From the NCBI GenBank assembly GCA_044223005.1, contig JBGAML010000024.1, positions 1 through 57,752 of the forward strand: a stretch of DNA of 57,752 bases, given 5' to 3'. This document shows, piece by piece, positions 8,571 through 17,292 of the stretch. Position 1 is the stretch's first letter. Each line of letters starts with the position of its first letter. A program made the translations under genes and the position numbers. The stretch is from Candidatus Eiseniibacteriota bacterium (lineage in GTDB: Bacteria > Eisenbacteria > RBG-16-71-46). The notes beneath the pieces were generated by a model. The model saw only the letters and a program-made list of their open reading frames with translations. It was not told the DNA's origin and made no database searches.

Positions 8571-11500
8571 TCAGAAGGTGTTGAGGCGCTCCTTCTCCAT
8601 GAAGATGGCCACCTTGCCGACCTTGGTCCCGATCCCCGGCGCGTCCACGTGGAAGATGTAGATGCCGCTGCTCACCGGCAGCCCGCGTTCGGTCAGGAGG
8701 TCCCAGGAGATCTGCGACGAGTTGTCGTTCTTCCGGATCGTGCGCACGAGATCGCCGGCCAGGTTGAACAGGCGAATCGTGCACGACGCCGGAAGATGCG
8801 TGAACTTGACCACGCGCGAGAACTGGTTCAGCTCGTACGTGGAGTTGTTGAAGTACGGGTTCGGCACCGCGAGCACCTGGTTCAGCTGGTCCTTCGCGAC
8901 GGCCGTGTCGAAGCGATTGGCCGCCGTGGTGCTGAACGTGAAGTAGTCGTTCGATGTCGGCGGGACGCTGGTCGTGAACACCACCTTGTCCCCGTTGTCG
9001 ACCACCGAACTCGCCGACACCAGGTGGGACCAGAGCACATACCGGAGCGGAATCAGCCCGCCCAGGAGGTCCTGGTAGTCGGTGTTGTTGAAGTACTGCG
9101 AGTCCGGGGCCGCGCCCGTGTAGGGCGAGTCGAACACCCAGATCACTTCGCGTTCGCCGTTCGCCGTCGCGTCCGGATTCCACTTGCCGTCCTGGGTCGG
9201 CGAGCCGCTGTTCTCGAGGAAGCCGGCTGCGAGCTGCTGATCGAGGTCCGTGTCCCAGATCGTGAACGGCACGGGGACGTAGTCCTGGATGGCGTAGATG
9301 CCGCCCCCACGGAGGTAGCGATAGGCGAACTGCCCATCGGGGCCGCCGGTGAAGCGGATCTCGACGTTGTGCGTGTTCGTGTCGCCGGTCGGGATCGCCG
9401 ACCCGGGGAAGTCCGCGGCGTACCCGGCGCCGCCATTGAAGAAGGGCAGCCCCAGGTCCGTGTAGCCGTCGAGGGCCGTCGCGTTCGGGCCGGCGTTCTC
9501 GTAGGTCACGCGGGCGAGCTGACCGAGCGGATAGCTCAGGTCCTTCACCTGGATGCCGTCGAACACGGGGTTCTGCTGGTCTCCCGCGAAATCGGTCCAG
9601 TTGTTGACGACCGTGTCCACGGCCGTCCCCACCGTCCGCACGACGTACCACGACTGCGTGGTGCACGTGGCGCAGGTCGGCTTGTAACCGATCTTGTAGG
9701 TGGCCGTCTTGACCTGCAGCGGGTCCACGATCGTGGCGGTCACCGCGTCCGTCGTGGCACTCGTCCCGGTGTTGTACTGGGCTCCCACCGGCGCGGTGAT
9801 CTGCGAACTGGCCGCGTCCACACCCGCCGCCGGCGTCTGCGGCACGACGGCGATGGGATTGTTCGCCGACTCGAGCACCTGCGGCGTCTCGCCCAGGCCG
9901 ACCGCGTACGCGTTCACCGAGAAGTAGTACGTCGTGCCGTCGTGCAGCGGCCCACCGCGAACGGCATCCGCCGTCAGGTCGAGCGAGTACTGCGTGCCGA
10001 CGTCCGTGCCGAACGCCTTGCCCGTGGGCAGGATCAGGCCCTGCTCCTCGTTGAAGTCGTTGTCGAGCACCGTGGTGATTCCGTCGACGCGGTCGAACGT
10101 GCCGAGTCGCGTCCAGGGGCCCGCGATCGAGGCGCCCTGGTACACCACGTAGCCCTCCCACTGGTACGGCGCCTGCGAATACTGCTCGGAGGAGACGTCC
10201 CAGGTGAGGCGCACGCCGCCGTGGAGGGGCGTCGCCTTCGCGATCGGCTGTTTCGGCGGCGAAGGCAGATCGAAGTCCGCGTCGAATGCCGCCTGCGCCT
10301 GCGAGTCGAAGAACTTCAAGAGCGAAACGCTGGCCAGACGGTTCTTGCTCTGACCGATCACGATCGCGGTCGTGACCACCTGCGTGTCCCCGGGCAGCAT
10401 CTGGAATGGACCACTCGAGAGCTGCAGCCGGCGGTCGGCCGGATTCGTGTCGAGCCAGCCCGATCCGAGCACGGGGTCACCGCTCACCATGAAGGTCGTG
10501 ACCTTGCTGTTCGTCGGATTCACGAGCGGCAGTCCGTCCTGGGTCAGGCCCTTCATCAGGTTGTAGGTCTTGTCCTTGTTGTCCGGGTCACTGCCGTTGA
10601 CGTAGCGGTTGAACGACGTCATTGGCAGCGGCACGCCGCCGACCTTCGGCCCCTGGAAGAAGTCGTAGCCCACCGCCGGCACCTGGGAACCGTAGACGTT
10701 GTCCAGGTTGGTGCCGTTGTAGACGAAGCCGACGCTCAGGGTCGTGTCGCAACCCACGAGGTCGTCGCCCGCGTAGCCGTCGTCGGGATCGGACCACTGC
10801 GACACGTACATGCTGTCGATCGTGTTCCCGCCCTTGTTGATCAGTTTGTAGCGAATGAAGACGGTGTTGCCCAGCGGCCCCTGGCGGTTGAACGCGAACG
10901 TGGTCTGCTGCACCTCGACGCCCAGCGGCGCCGTCTTGCCGGCGCGGTTCGTGTGCAGCGCGGGATCGGCATCGTTGTAGACCGCCCAGAGCATCTCGTC
11001 GCCGAGGATGTCGAGCGAGCCGTCCGTCTGCACGGTCACGGCGGGCGCGCCATGCGGCACAGCGCCGGCGTTGTAGTCCGCCAGCGCCGCGTCACGCGCA
11101 GCCGTGTCCGTGTAGTTCCGGAACAGCTTGTAGACCTTGTATTCCGGCTTGTCCGTGTCCGGGAGCCCGCCGACCATCGCGCCCGGTCCGTACTCGTCGG
11201 AGTACTCCGAGACCGCGATGCGCGTCTGGCCGCCCACTCGCCCACCCATCCAGAGCCCCGCCGCGAACACGGCCGTCTTGCCCGTGCCCTTGGGGAACTC
11301 GAGACCGGAGTTCGACGCCCCCTTGTCGTAGGCGAACGAACCCGTGTTGGTCACGAACATCTTGATGTTGTTGATGTCGATGGACTGGGCGTTGTCCACG
11401 TCCTGCGCCTTTGCGGGGCGCGCGATGGCGCGGGTGGCCAGTTCCGAAGCGACGGCCTGCGATCGCGCGGCGGCGGCGGCACGGAAAGCCGCCGAGGGCC

Positions 11501-11624
11501 TCGTGTCGCCGGTGATCGACGCGCGTGCGACCGGGAGCGACACCGCCCCGATCAGTGCCAGGCACAGCACGGCAGAGACGGAACGCATGCGGATCCTCCG
11601 GTTGATCCCGTTTCGATCGTTCAT
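8571..11624 (-). CDS. Large secreted protein with T9SS type-A-like C-terminal sorting domain
   Basis: Signal peptide, IDINNIKMFVTNTG...LEFPKGTG..AVFAAGLWMGG, an FN3-like segment (LPSPP..P...GGVRLTWD...EGYVVY), and CTD VLAVPNPY...VKFTHLP..CTIRLFNLAGDLVRTI...WDLLTERGLPVSSGIYIFHV...KVGKVAIF. Confidence 0.85.
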   Translation of the reverse strand: MNDRNGINRRIRMRSVSAVLCLALIGAVSLPVARASITGDTRPSAAFRAAAAARSQAVASELATRAIARPAKAQDVDNAQSIDINNIKMFVTNTGSFAYDKGASNSGLEFPKGTGKTAVFAAGLWMGGRVGGQTRIAVSEYSDEYGPGAMVGGLPDTDKPEYKVYKLFRNYTDTAARDAALADYNAGAVPHGAPAVTVQTDGSLDILGDEMLWAVYNDADPALHTNRAGKTAPLGVEVQQTTFAFNRQGPLGNTVFIRYKLINKGGNTIDSMYVSQWSDPDDGYAGDDLVGCDTTLSVGFVYNGTNLDNVYGSQVPAVGYDFFQGPKVGGVPLPMTSFNRYVNGSDPDNKDKTYNLMKGLTQDGLPLVNPTNSKVTTFMVSGDPVLGSGWLDTNPADRRLQLSSGPFQMLPGDTQVVTTAIVIGQSKNRLASVSLLKFFDSQAQAAFDADFDLPSPPKQPIAKATPLHGGVRLTWDVSSEQYSQAPYQWEGYVVYQGASIAGPWTRLGTFDRVDGITTVLDNDFNEEQGLILPTGKAFGTDVGTQYSLDLTADAVRGGPLHDGTTYYFSVNAYAVGLGETPQVLESANNPIAVVPQTPAAGVDAASSQITAPVGAQYNTGTSATTDAVTATIVDPLQVKTATYKIGYKPTCATCTTQSWYVVRTVGTAVDTVVNNWTDFAGDQQNPVFDGIQVKDLSYPLGQLARVTYENAGPNATALDGYTDLGLPFFNGGAGYAADFPGSAIPTGDTNTHNVEIRFTGGPDGQFAYRYLRGGGIYAIQDYVPVPFTIWDTDLDQQLAAGFLENSGSPTQDGKWNPDATANGEREVIWVFDSPYTGAAPDSQYFNNTDYQDLLGGLIPLRYVLWSHLVSASSVVDNGDKVVFTTSVPPTSNDYFTFSTTAANRFDTAVAKDQLNQVLAVPNPYFNNSTYELNQFSRVVKFTHLPASCTIRLFNLAGDLVRTIRKNDNSSQISWDLLTERGLPVSSGIYIFHVDAPGIGTKVGKVAIFMEKERLNTF

Positions 11625-11625
11625 G

Positions 11626-14445
11626 TCAGAACCCCATCCGGATGCCGAAGCGAACCTGCCGCGGCGCGCCGTAGAGCGTCTGGTTCTGCAGCGCGAGGGC
11701 ATACGCCCGGGTGGGGTCGATGCCCTGCGCCGCCAGGCTCGCGGCGACGGTGCGGCCGTCGTCGGTGTTGAAGTAGTTCGTGGACGAGGCGGTGCCCGTA
11801 CCGGTGAAGACGCTCAGCACGTTCTTGGTGTCGAACGCGTTCACGACCCACAGGTAGGCGCTCATGCGGTTCGGACCGATCGTCCACGACTTGGTGGCCT
11901 TGAGGTCCAGCGTCTGCGTCCACGGTCCGTAGATCGAGTTGATCGGGCCGGTCGGGTTCGACTGCACCGCCGCCAGCGTCAGCTCGTCGTACACGGTCGT
12001 GGGCGTGAACGGCGTGCCGCTCGCGACGTTGTAGAGGAAGTCGAAGCTGGTCCCCTCGAGCGGGTGCTTGCCGTTCCAGGACGGTCCCTCACCCCGCGCG
12101 AGCGAGTAGTTGAGGTTCATCGACACCTTGTGGCGCTGGTCGAAGTCCAGCGGCGCCGTCTGCTTGGGCGGCTGCGACGCCGTCCACGCGATGTTGCGCT
12201 GGGTGTCGGAGACCGAGCCGGTGCCCACGGCGGACGACAGGCTGTAGCTCAGCGTCGCGGCCACGTGGTTGATCCGGCGCAGCGTGAACCCGAGGTCGAT
12301 GCCCTTGATGGTCGCGAAGTCCTTGTTGCGGTACGACGCGAACCCGTTGGGCACCGACGCGATCGTCGCGACCTCGACGAGGTCCGTCACGTCCTTGTAG
12401 TAGGCGGTGACGTCGAGCTTCGCGTACTCGTTCAGCTTGTGCGCGATGCCGACCTCGTACGACGTCGTCTGCTCGGGCTTCAGGTTCGGGTTGCCGAACC
12501 CGACGTAGTAGCCGCCCGTGCGGATCTTGTGCTCGAGGAACTGGTAGGACACGTACAGGTCCTGCAGGTTCGGCTGCTGGTAGAACTGGCCCCAGTTGAC
12601 GTGCATGACCGTCGCGTCCGTCACCGGGAACCCGATGCCGAGGCGCGGGCTGACGCGGCTGTAGGTCTTGCTGCTGGTCAGGTCCACGTTGTCGAGGTTC
12701 GTGTTGCCGCCCAGCGGGATGTTCTCGCTCACCAGGGCGTCCGTATGCGTGTTGATCAGGTCGTAGCGCAGGCCCATGTTCACGACCACGCCCGAGCGCT
12801 CGTACTTGTCCTGCACGTACACCGAACCGGTGAACGGCTTGCGCGGGCCGTCACGGCCGTCGTCCGCGTGCGTGTTGCCGTCGGCGGCATAGCCGTAGCT
12901 GTTCACGTCCGAGATCGTGGCCGGCAGGCTGACCGGGAAGAACGCGTTGTAGTACCGCAGTTGGTGCCAGTCGAGTTCGAACCCGGCCTTCGCCTGGTGA
13001 TACTGGTTCACGGCGTCCGTGAAGTCGCCCTTGAGCCCCAGGTAGCTCGACTCGCGGTGCAGGTAGTCGTCGAACACATGGCCGGTCCCGGCGGCGTGCG
13101 CCGCCAGCGAATCCGAGAGCGGATCGCCGGTCTTCCCGGTGAAGCCGGGCCAGAACCAGGGAATGCCCGTCACGAGGTTCGACTGGCCGTACTGGGTGCC
13201 GTAGGCCTCGTACGCTGCGACGTTGTCGAACAGTTCGCCGTCCCCGCGCTTGCGCTCGGTGTAGAACCAGCTCGCGCCGAGCGTGTAGAACGCCCGCTTG
13301 CTGAGCGTGTGGTTCAGCTGGGCCGTGAACGACTCGTTCTTGTCGTAGTACCGGGGCGCGTGGTTGAGGTCGAAGCGGTACGTGTTCAGGTACTCGCGCC
13401 AGGAATCGGTCGAGTACAGGCCACCCAGGCGCAGGTTCATCCGGTCGCTGAACGGGAACGAGAGCTTGCCCTGGTGCGTCCAGCCGCTCAGCGAGTTGTT
13501 GGCCTGCGGGCCATCGAACGCCGAGTTGGGCGAGCGGTCGCCCTGCCAGCGGCGCTCGCCGCTGTAGTAGAACGAGCCGAAGTTGTGGCCCTTCAAGATC
13601 GGGCCACCGAGGGCGCCGTCGTACACGTTGTAGCCGTAGACCTTGGCGCCGAACGCGTCCTTGCCCATCCGGTTCACGTTGTCGGTCACGGCCTCGAAGC
13701 TGCCCGAGTACTTGTCGCTGCCTTCGCGCGTGATCACGTTCACGACGCCCGACATGATGCGGCCGTACTCGGCATTGAACCCGCCGTTCAGGAGCACGAC
13801 CTCCTGGATGGCGTCGTTGTTGATCGACGTGGTGGAGTTGCCCGTGAGCGGATCCTGCTGCGAGAAGCCGTCCACGTAGTACGCGGTCTCGTTCGGGCGG
13901 CCGCCGCGGATGATCAGCGTGTTGCCGTTGCTGGTCTCCGTGTCGATCTGGCGCCCGAAGCTCACGACGCCCGTCTGCTGCGCCGCCGCGTCCTTGTAGC
14001 CGCGGATCGGCAGCTGCGCGATCTGGTCCGCCGACAGGAAGCGCGCCGAGTTGGTCGCGTCCTTCTGCAGCAGCGGACGGCTCGCGTCCACCCGTACCTC
14101 GTTCATCTGCACCGCCTGGGTGCTCAGCGTGGCATCCAGGGACGTCGTGAAGTCCGGTGCGATGTTGACGTTGGCTGCGGCATACGGGGCGAAGCCGACG
14201 AGGTTCATGCGCACGGTGTACACGCCACCGGGGATACCTATGATGAAGTACTCCCCTCGCTCGTCCGTGATCGCTCCGAGTCGCTGCCCCTCGATCCGGA
14301 CGTTCACGCCGGGCAGCGGTTGCTTGTGGTCGTCCACCACGCGGCCTGAGAGCTTGCCAGTCGTTCCACCCCACGCGACGGTCGCGAAGGTCGCGATCGC
14401 GGCGATGGTGATGGCCCGAGTGGCCCAGATGAGGATTCGAGGCAT
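11626..14445 (-). CDS. TonB-dependent receptor with N-terminal carboxypeptidase-regulatory-like domain
   Basis: GKLSGRVVD...PLPGVNV...GAITDERGEYFI..IPGGVY; plug IIRGGRPNETAYYVDG...GGFNAEYG..MSGVVNVITREG; SPRLGIGFP; GNPNLKPEQTTSYEVG; ends PRQVRFGIRMGF. RBS AAGGAG before ATG 14445. Confidence 0.95.
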   Translation of the reverse strand: MPRILIWATRAITIAAIATFATVAWGGTTGKLSGRVVDDHKQPLPGVNVRIEGQRLGAITDERGEYFIIGIPGGVYTVRMNLVGFAPYAAANVNIAPDFTTSLDATLSTQAVQMNEVRVDASRPLLQKDATNSARFLSADQIAQLPIRGYKDAAAQQTGVVSFGRQIDTETSNGNTLIIRGGRPNETAYYVDGFSQQDPLTGNSTTSINNDAIQEVVLLNGGFNAEYGRIMSGVVNVITREGSDKYSGSFEAVTDNVNRMGKDAFGAKVYGYNVYDGALGGPILKGHNFGSFYYSGERRWQGDRSPNSAFDGPQANNSLSGWTHQGKLSFPFSDRMNLRLGGLYSTDSWREYLNTYRFDLNHAPRYYDKNESFTAQLNHTLSKRAFYTLGASWFYTERKRGDGELFDNVAAYEAYGTQYGQSNLVTGIPWFWPGFTGKTGDPLSDSLAAHAAGTGHVFDDYLHRESSYLGLKGDFTDAVNQYHQAKAGFELDWHQLRYYNAFFPVSLPATISDVNSYGYAADGNTHADDGRDGPRKPFTGSVYVQDKYERSGVVVNMGLRYDLINTHTDALVSENIPLGGNTNLDNVDLTSSKTYSRVSPRLGIGFPVTDATVMHVNWGQFYQQPNLQDLYVSYQFLEHKIRTGGYYVGFGNPNLKPEQTTSYEVGIAHKLNEYAKLDVTAYYKDVTDLVEVATIASVPNGFASYRNKDFATIKGIDLGFTLRRINHVAATLSYSLSSAVGTGSVSDTQRNIAWTASQPPKQTAPLDFDQRHKVSMNLNYSLARGEGPSWNGKHPLEGTSFDFLYNVASGTPFTPTTVYDELTLAAVQSNPTGPINSIYGPWTQTLDLKATKSWTIGPNRMSAYLWVVNAFDTKNVLSVFTGTGTASSTNYFNTDDGRTVAASLAAQGIDPTRAYALALQNQTLYGAPRQVRFGIRMGF

Positions 14446-14653
14446 GGGCGAAGTCTCCTTTCGGGAAACGAGAACTCGCGGTTCCGACAACCTGGAAAGC
14501 TGTGGGGGGGCGGACATGGGGGGATCGCGGTGGGAGTAGATCCCCGACGGCCGTGGTGCGCGACGCATGTGAACCCTCCCCGTCACGCCTCCGGGTGGAG
14601 GCGGACGCCTTCCTCTGGCGCGGGAAACCGTTCAGCGCTTGGCCCGTGCCGGA

Positions 14654-14683
14654 AAACTAGGCCGATTGCCCACAAACTGTCAA
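14654..14683 (-). promoter_or_regulatory. Putative sigma70 promoter for the TBDR-cargo-PorV operon
   Basis: TTGACA-N18-TAGTTT on the minus strand, implying a ~200 nt leader. Confidence 0.55.
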
Positions 14684-14752
14684 CGCCAGTGCAGTTCCGG
14701 GCACCCGGGGAGCCGATTCGGGTTTGGTCCAGGCGGACAGTTGGAACTGGCG

Positions 14753-14790
14753 CAAAACGAAACCGGGGGCGCCTTTGGGGCGCCCCCGGT
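14753..14790 (-). terminator. Intrinsic terminator of the porin-like gene
   Basis: Minus strand ACCGGGGGCGCC-ccaaa-GGCGCCCCCGGT followed by TTCGTTTT. Confidence 0.8.
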
Positions 14791-14807
14791 CGATGCTGCT
14801 GCGAAGC

Positions 14808-16163
14808 TTACCAGCGGTAGGTCGCGGAGACCTTCGGGAAGACCTCGCTGTACCAGTAGTTCGCTTCCGAGTTGCCGAGCAGCTGGGCGAACGGGTTCGT
14901 GAAGAACAGGTTGTCCAGCACGGCGTCGAACTGCAGGCTGCCGAGCTTGATGCCACAGCCGGCGTTCATGTCGAACGGCGAGTCCTTGATCGTGATCGTC
15001 TCGTCGACGGCGGTCGCGATCGGGCCCGTCTTGCCTTCGATCTTCACGGTGTGCCACGTGCCCTTGGTGGCGCCCATGCGGATCGTCAGCCACGGGTTCA
15101 CCTGCGTCTCGAGCGACATGAAGATCTCGGGGTACGTCGTCTCGGTGGCCTTGAGCTTCGGGTTGAACGGCCCGCCGATGGCGTAGCTGTTCGCCGTGCC
15201 GAGCATGCCGAGGACGTCGTTCTCCTGGTCGAGCGTGTTCTGCGCGAACGTGGCGCCCAGCACGAACATGTCGTTCGAGCCGATCTGCCAGTTGCCCGCA
15301 GCGCCGATCTGCCAGCCCTTGATCGTGTTGTCGTAGCTGGTCGTCGTACCCGCGACCGTCTGCTTCTCGGACAGGTCGAAGTTGTAGAACTTGAAGACCG
15401 GCACGACCGTCATGTTGCCCGTGCACTTGTGCATGATGCGGCCGCCGACCATGTAGTTCGAGCCACCATTGTCCTCGAACTTGTTGCCCGGGGACGTGCT
15501 GTTCTCGAACGTACGGGTCTGCCACAGCAGCGACAGCTCGACCTGCGTCTTGTCGTTCATCTCCGAGCCGAAGCCCACGTTGAAGCCCGTGATGTTCCGC
15601 TGGAGGTTGCCAGCGCCCAGGCCCGAGTTCTCGTTCGCGGCGAAGTTCTGCTTGAACGTGTAGGTCGTGCCGGGGATCTCGTCGACGAGGGAGTTGAACG
15701 AGCGGTTGAACTGGATGCCGAGCGAGTTGTTGCCGAACTTCTTGCCCCAGTTGATGTCGATCGTCTGGTTCGTGTTCACGTTCGGGTCGAACGCGTTGCC
15801 CGCGCCGATCCCGGAGACGTTGTCGCCCTGGCCCATAGCCGGGGTCTGCTCACGAAGGTGGATGGCCCACACGCCGAAGCGGCCGTCCCACAGGTTCGGC
15901 AGCACGGCGCCCATGGCGCGGTCGTACGTGTTCCAGCCCTTGACGGGGTAGCCCTTGAACGGGATGTCGTTGCCGAGTTCGCCGTAGGCCAGGTTGCCGA
16001 CGCCCGTGATGCACGACGGCCAGCTGTAGATGCCCGTGTAGTCACAGGTGTAGTCGCCCGGGAGATTCATGCCCTCGAGGCGCGACGTCGACGCGAACGC
16101 AACGACCGGCAGCAGCAGCATGAAGACCGCGACGGCCGTGAATCCGATTTTGCGGTTAAACAT
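14808..16163 (-). CDS. Porin-like outer-membrane beta-barrel protein, family not recognised
   Basis: Signal peptide ending VAFA, N/G/T/F-rich amphipathic strands, terminal aromatic residue (KVSATYRW). Own promoter, strong RBS AAGGAGG and own terminator. Confidence 0.75.
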   Translation of the reverse strand: MFNRKIGFTAVAVFMLLLPVVAFASTSRLEGMNLPGDYTCDYTGIYSWPSCITGVGNLAYGELGNDIPFKGYPVKGWNTYDRAMGAVLPNLWDGRFGVWAIHLREQTPAMGQGDNVSGIGAGNAFDPNVNTNQTIDINWGKKFGNNSLGIQFNRSFNSLVDEIPGTTYTFKQNFAANENSGLGAGNLQRNITGFNVGFGSEMNDKTQVELSLLWQTRTFENSTSPGNKFEDNGGSNYMVGGRIMHKCTGNMTVVPVFKFYNFDLSEKQTVAGTTTSYDNTIKGWQIGAAGNWQIGSNDMFVLGATFAQNTLDQENDVLGMLGTANSYAIGGPFNPKLKATETTYPEIFMSLETQVNPWLTIRMGATKGTWHTVKIEGKTGPIATAVDETITIKDSPFDMNAGCGIKLGSLQFDAVLDNLFFTNPFAQLLGNSEANYWYSEVFPKVSATYRW

Positions 16164-16412
16164 GAGGTTTTGCCTCCTTGCGGGGTAGCAACAGGTAAGA
16201 GCTGCGAATCCTTCAGCAGGGAAGCGACGACTAGGCCCGGGTCGCTCCCCGATTCAGTTCTCGAAGCTCCACCTCCTTTCGAAGCCAGCCAAACGTGGCG
16301 CAGCCGTGAAGCACACACACCAATGGCTCCATCGCATCCGTTGTGATGGAGCCCACGAAGAAGTTCCAGCGAGAGCCTTCGTCTCGAAGACCCTGGCATT
16401 CGTCCGGGGGGC

Positions 16413-16441
16413 ACGTTAGGAAGCCCCCCCTCCGCTGTCAA
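16413..16441 (-). promoter_or_regulatory. Near-consensus sigma70 promoter for the porin-like gene
   Basis: TTGACA-N17-TAACGT. The -35 overlaps the NlpC/P60 stop codon. Confidence 0.7.
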
Positions 16442-17292
16442 GCGCCCAGTGGCCGGCGGGAGTCCCTGGCGGCCCGGCCGCGCCGCGCCCGCGGGGGGCG
16501 TCCCCACCCGACCAACTGAACACTCAAATCATTGTCATACAACGCATTATCTCGTTCCAAGGAGGCGATTCGCACCCGTCCCCGGCAGTGGGCGTAGAGC
16601 CCGCCGCCGAGACCAATTCCCACGTGGCCCACGGGCTTGCCCCGGGCCGCGAAGAACGCGAGGTCGCCCGGGCGCACCTCTTCCCCATCCCGGAGCGGCC
16701 GGCAGGCTCTGTGCTGGTCGCGTGCGTCCCGCGGCAATGCGACACCCTGCTCGGCGAGCACGAGCTGGGTGAACGCCGAGCAGTCGATTCCCGCGGCGGT
16801 GCGCCCGCCCCAGAGGTACGGGGTTCCGAGCAGGGACATGATGCGATCGTCGAGGGCCGGCGGCGGCTCGCCGGGGAGCCCGAGCGCGGCCGCGGCGACC
16901 CAGCCGCGGCGGCCGTCCGGGAGCTCGACGGCGCGGCCGCGTCCCCGGGCGTCGCCCGCGATCACGCGCGAGCCGAGGAAGAGCGGCGAGACCGCGATGC
17001 CTCCCGTCGGCCGGGCGAGCACGCGCGCGAGGGGTTCGCGCACCACGGCCGTCGCTCGTCGACGCCAGCGCGCGGCGCGCCTGGCGTCGACGAGCTCGAG
17101 ACCCCACTCGCGCACCCAGCCCGCGTAGCCGTCGCTCTCCGCCAGCACCCGGCGCCAGCCGGATCGCGCCGCGCCGACGAGGCGCACGACTTCGCCGAGC
17201 AGCAGCTGCGAGCCGAGTTCGGCGCGGTGCTCCGGCGCCGGGCGCAGGTCGAGCGCCGCCAGCGTCACGACCGCATGCGTCGGCCGGGTCAT
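16438..17292 (-). CDS. SH3 + NlpC/P60 (C40) peptidase, YkfC-like
   Basis: ELGSQLLLGE...DGYAGWV (SH3b-like); LGTPYLWGGRT..GIDCSAF...LPRDARDQ...PGDLAFF...GHVGI (Cys-His). ATGA overlap with the GWxTD gene stop. No obvious signal peptide. Confidence 0.9.
   Translation of the reverse strand: MTRPTHAVVTLAALDLRPAPEHRAELGSQLLLGEVVRLVGAARSGWRRVLAESDGYAGWVREWGLELVDARRAARWRRRATAVVREPLARVLARPTGGIAVSPLFLGSRVIAGDARGRGRAVELPDGRRGWVAAAALGLPGEPPPALDDRIMSLLGTPYLWGGRTAAGIDCSAFTQLVLAEQGVALPRDARDQHRACRPLRDGEEVRPGDLAFFAARGKPVGHVGIGLGGGLYAHCRGRVRIASLERDNALYDNDLSVQLVGWGRPPRARRGRAARDSRRPLGA

Noticed and set aside
9650..9680. CATC motif in the cargo protein as a heme c site
   Set aside because: It is CxxC followed by Thr, not CxxCH; more likely a disulfide loop.
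8562..14349. ORFs of over 1000 aa on + (8562..11771, 11344..14349)
   Set aside because: Antisense to the cargo and TBDR genes; stop-poor because of codon bias.
14446..14650. Cobalamin or TPP riboswitch in the TBDR leader
   Set aside because: Hairpins are present, but no B12-box or TPP core could be identified by eye.
16515..16560. Xer dif site
   Set aside because: No convincing XerD arm (TTATGTTAAAT), and it lies in a coding region.
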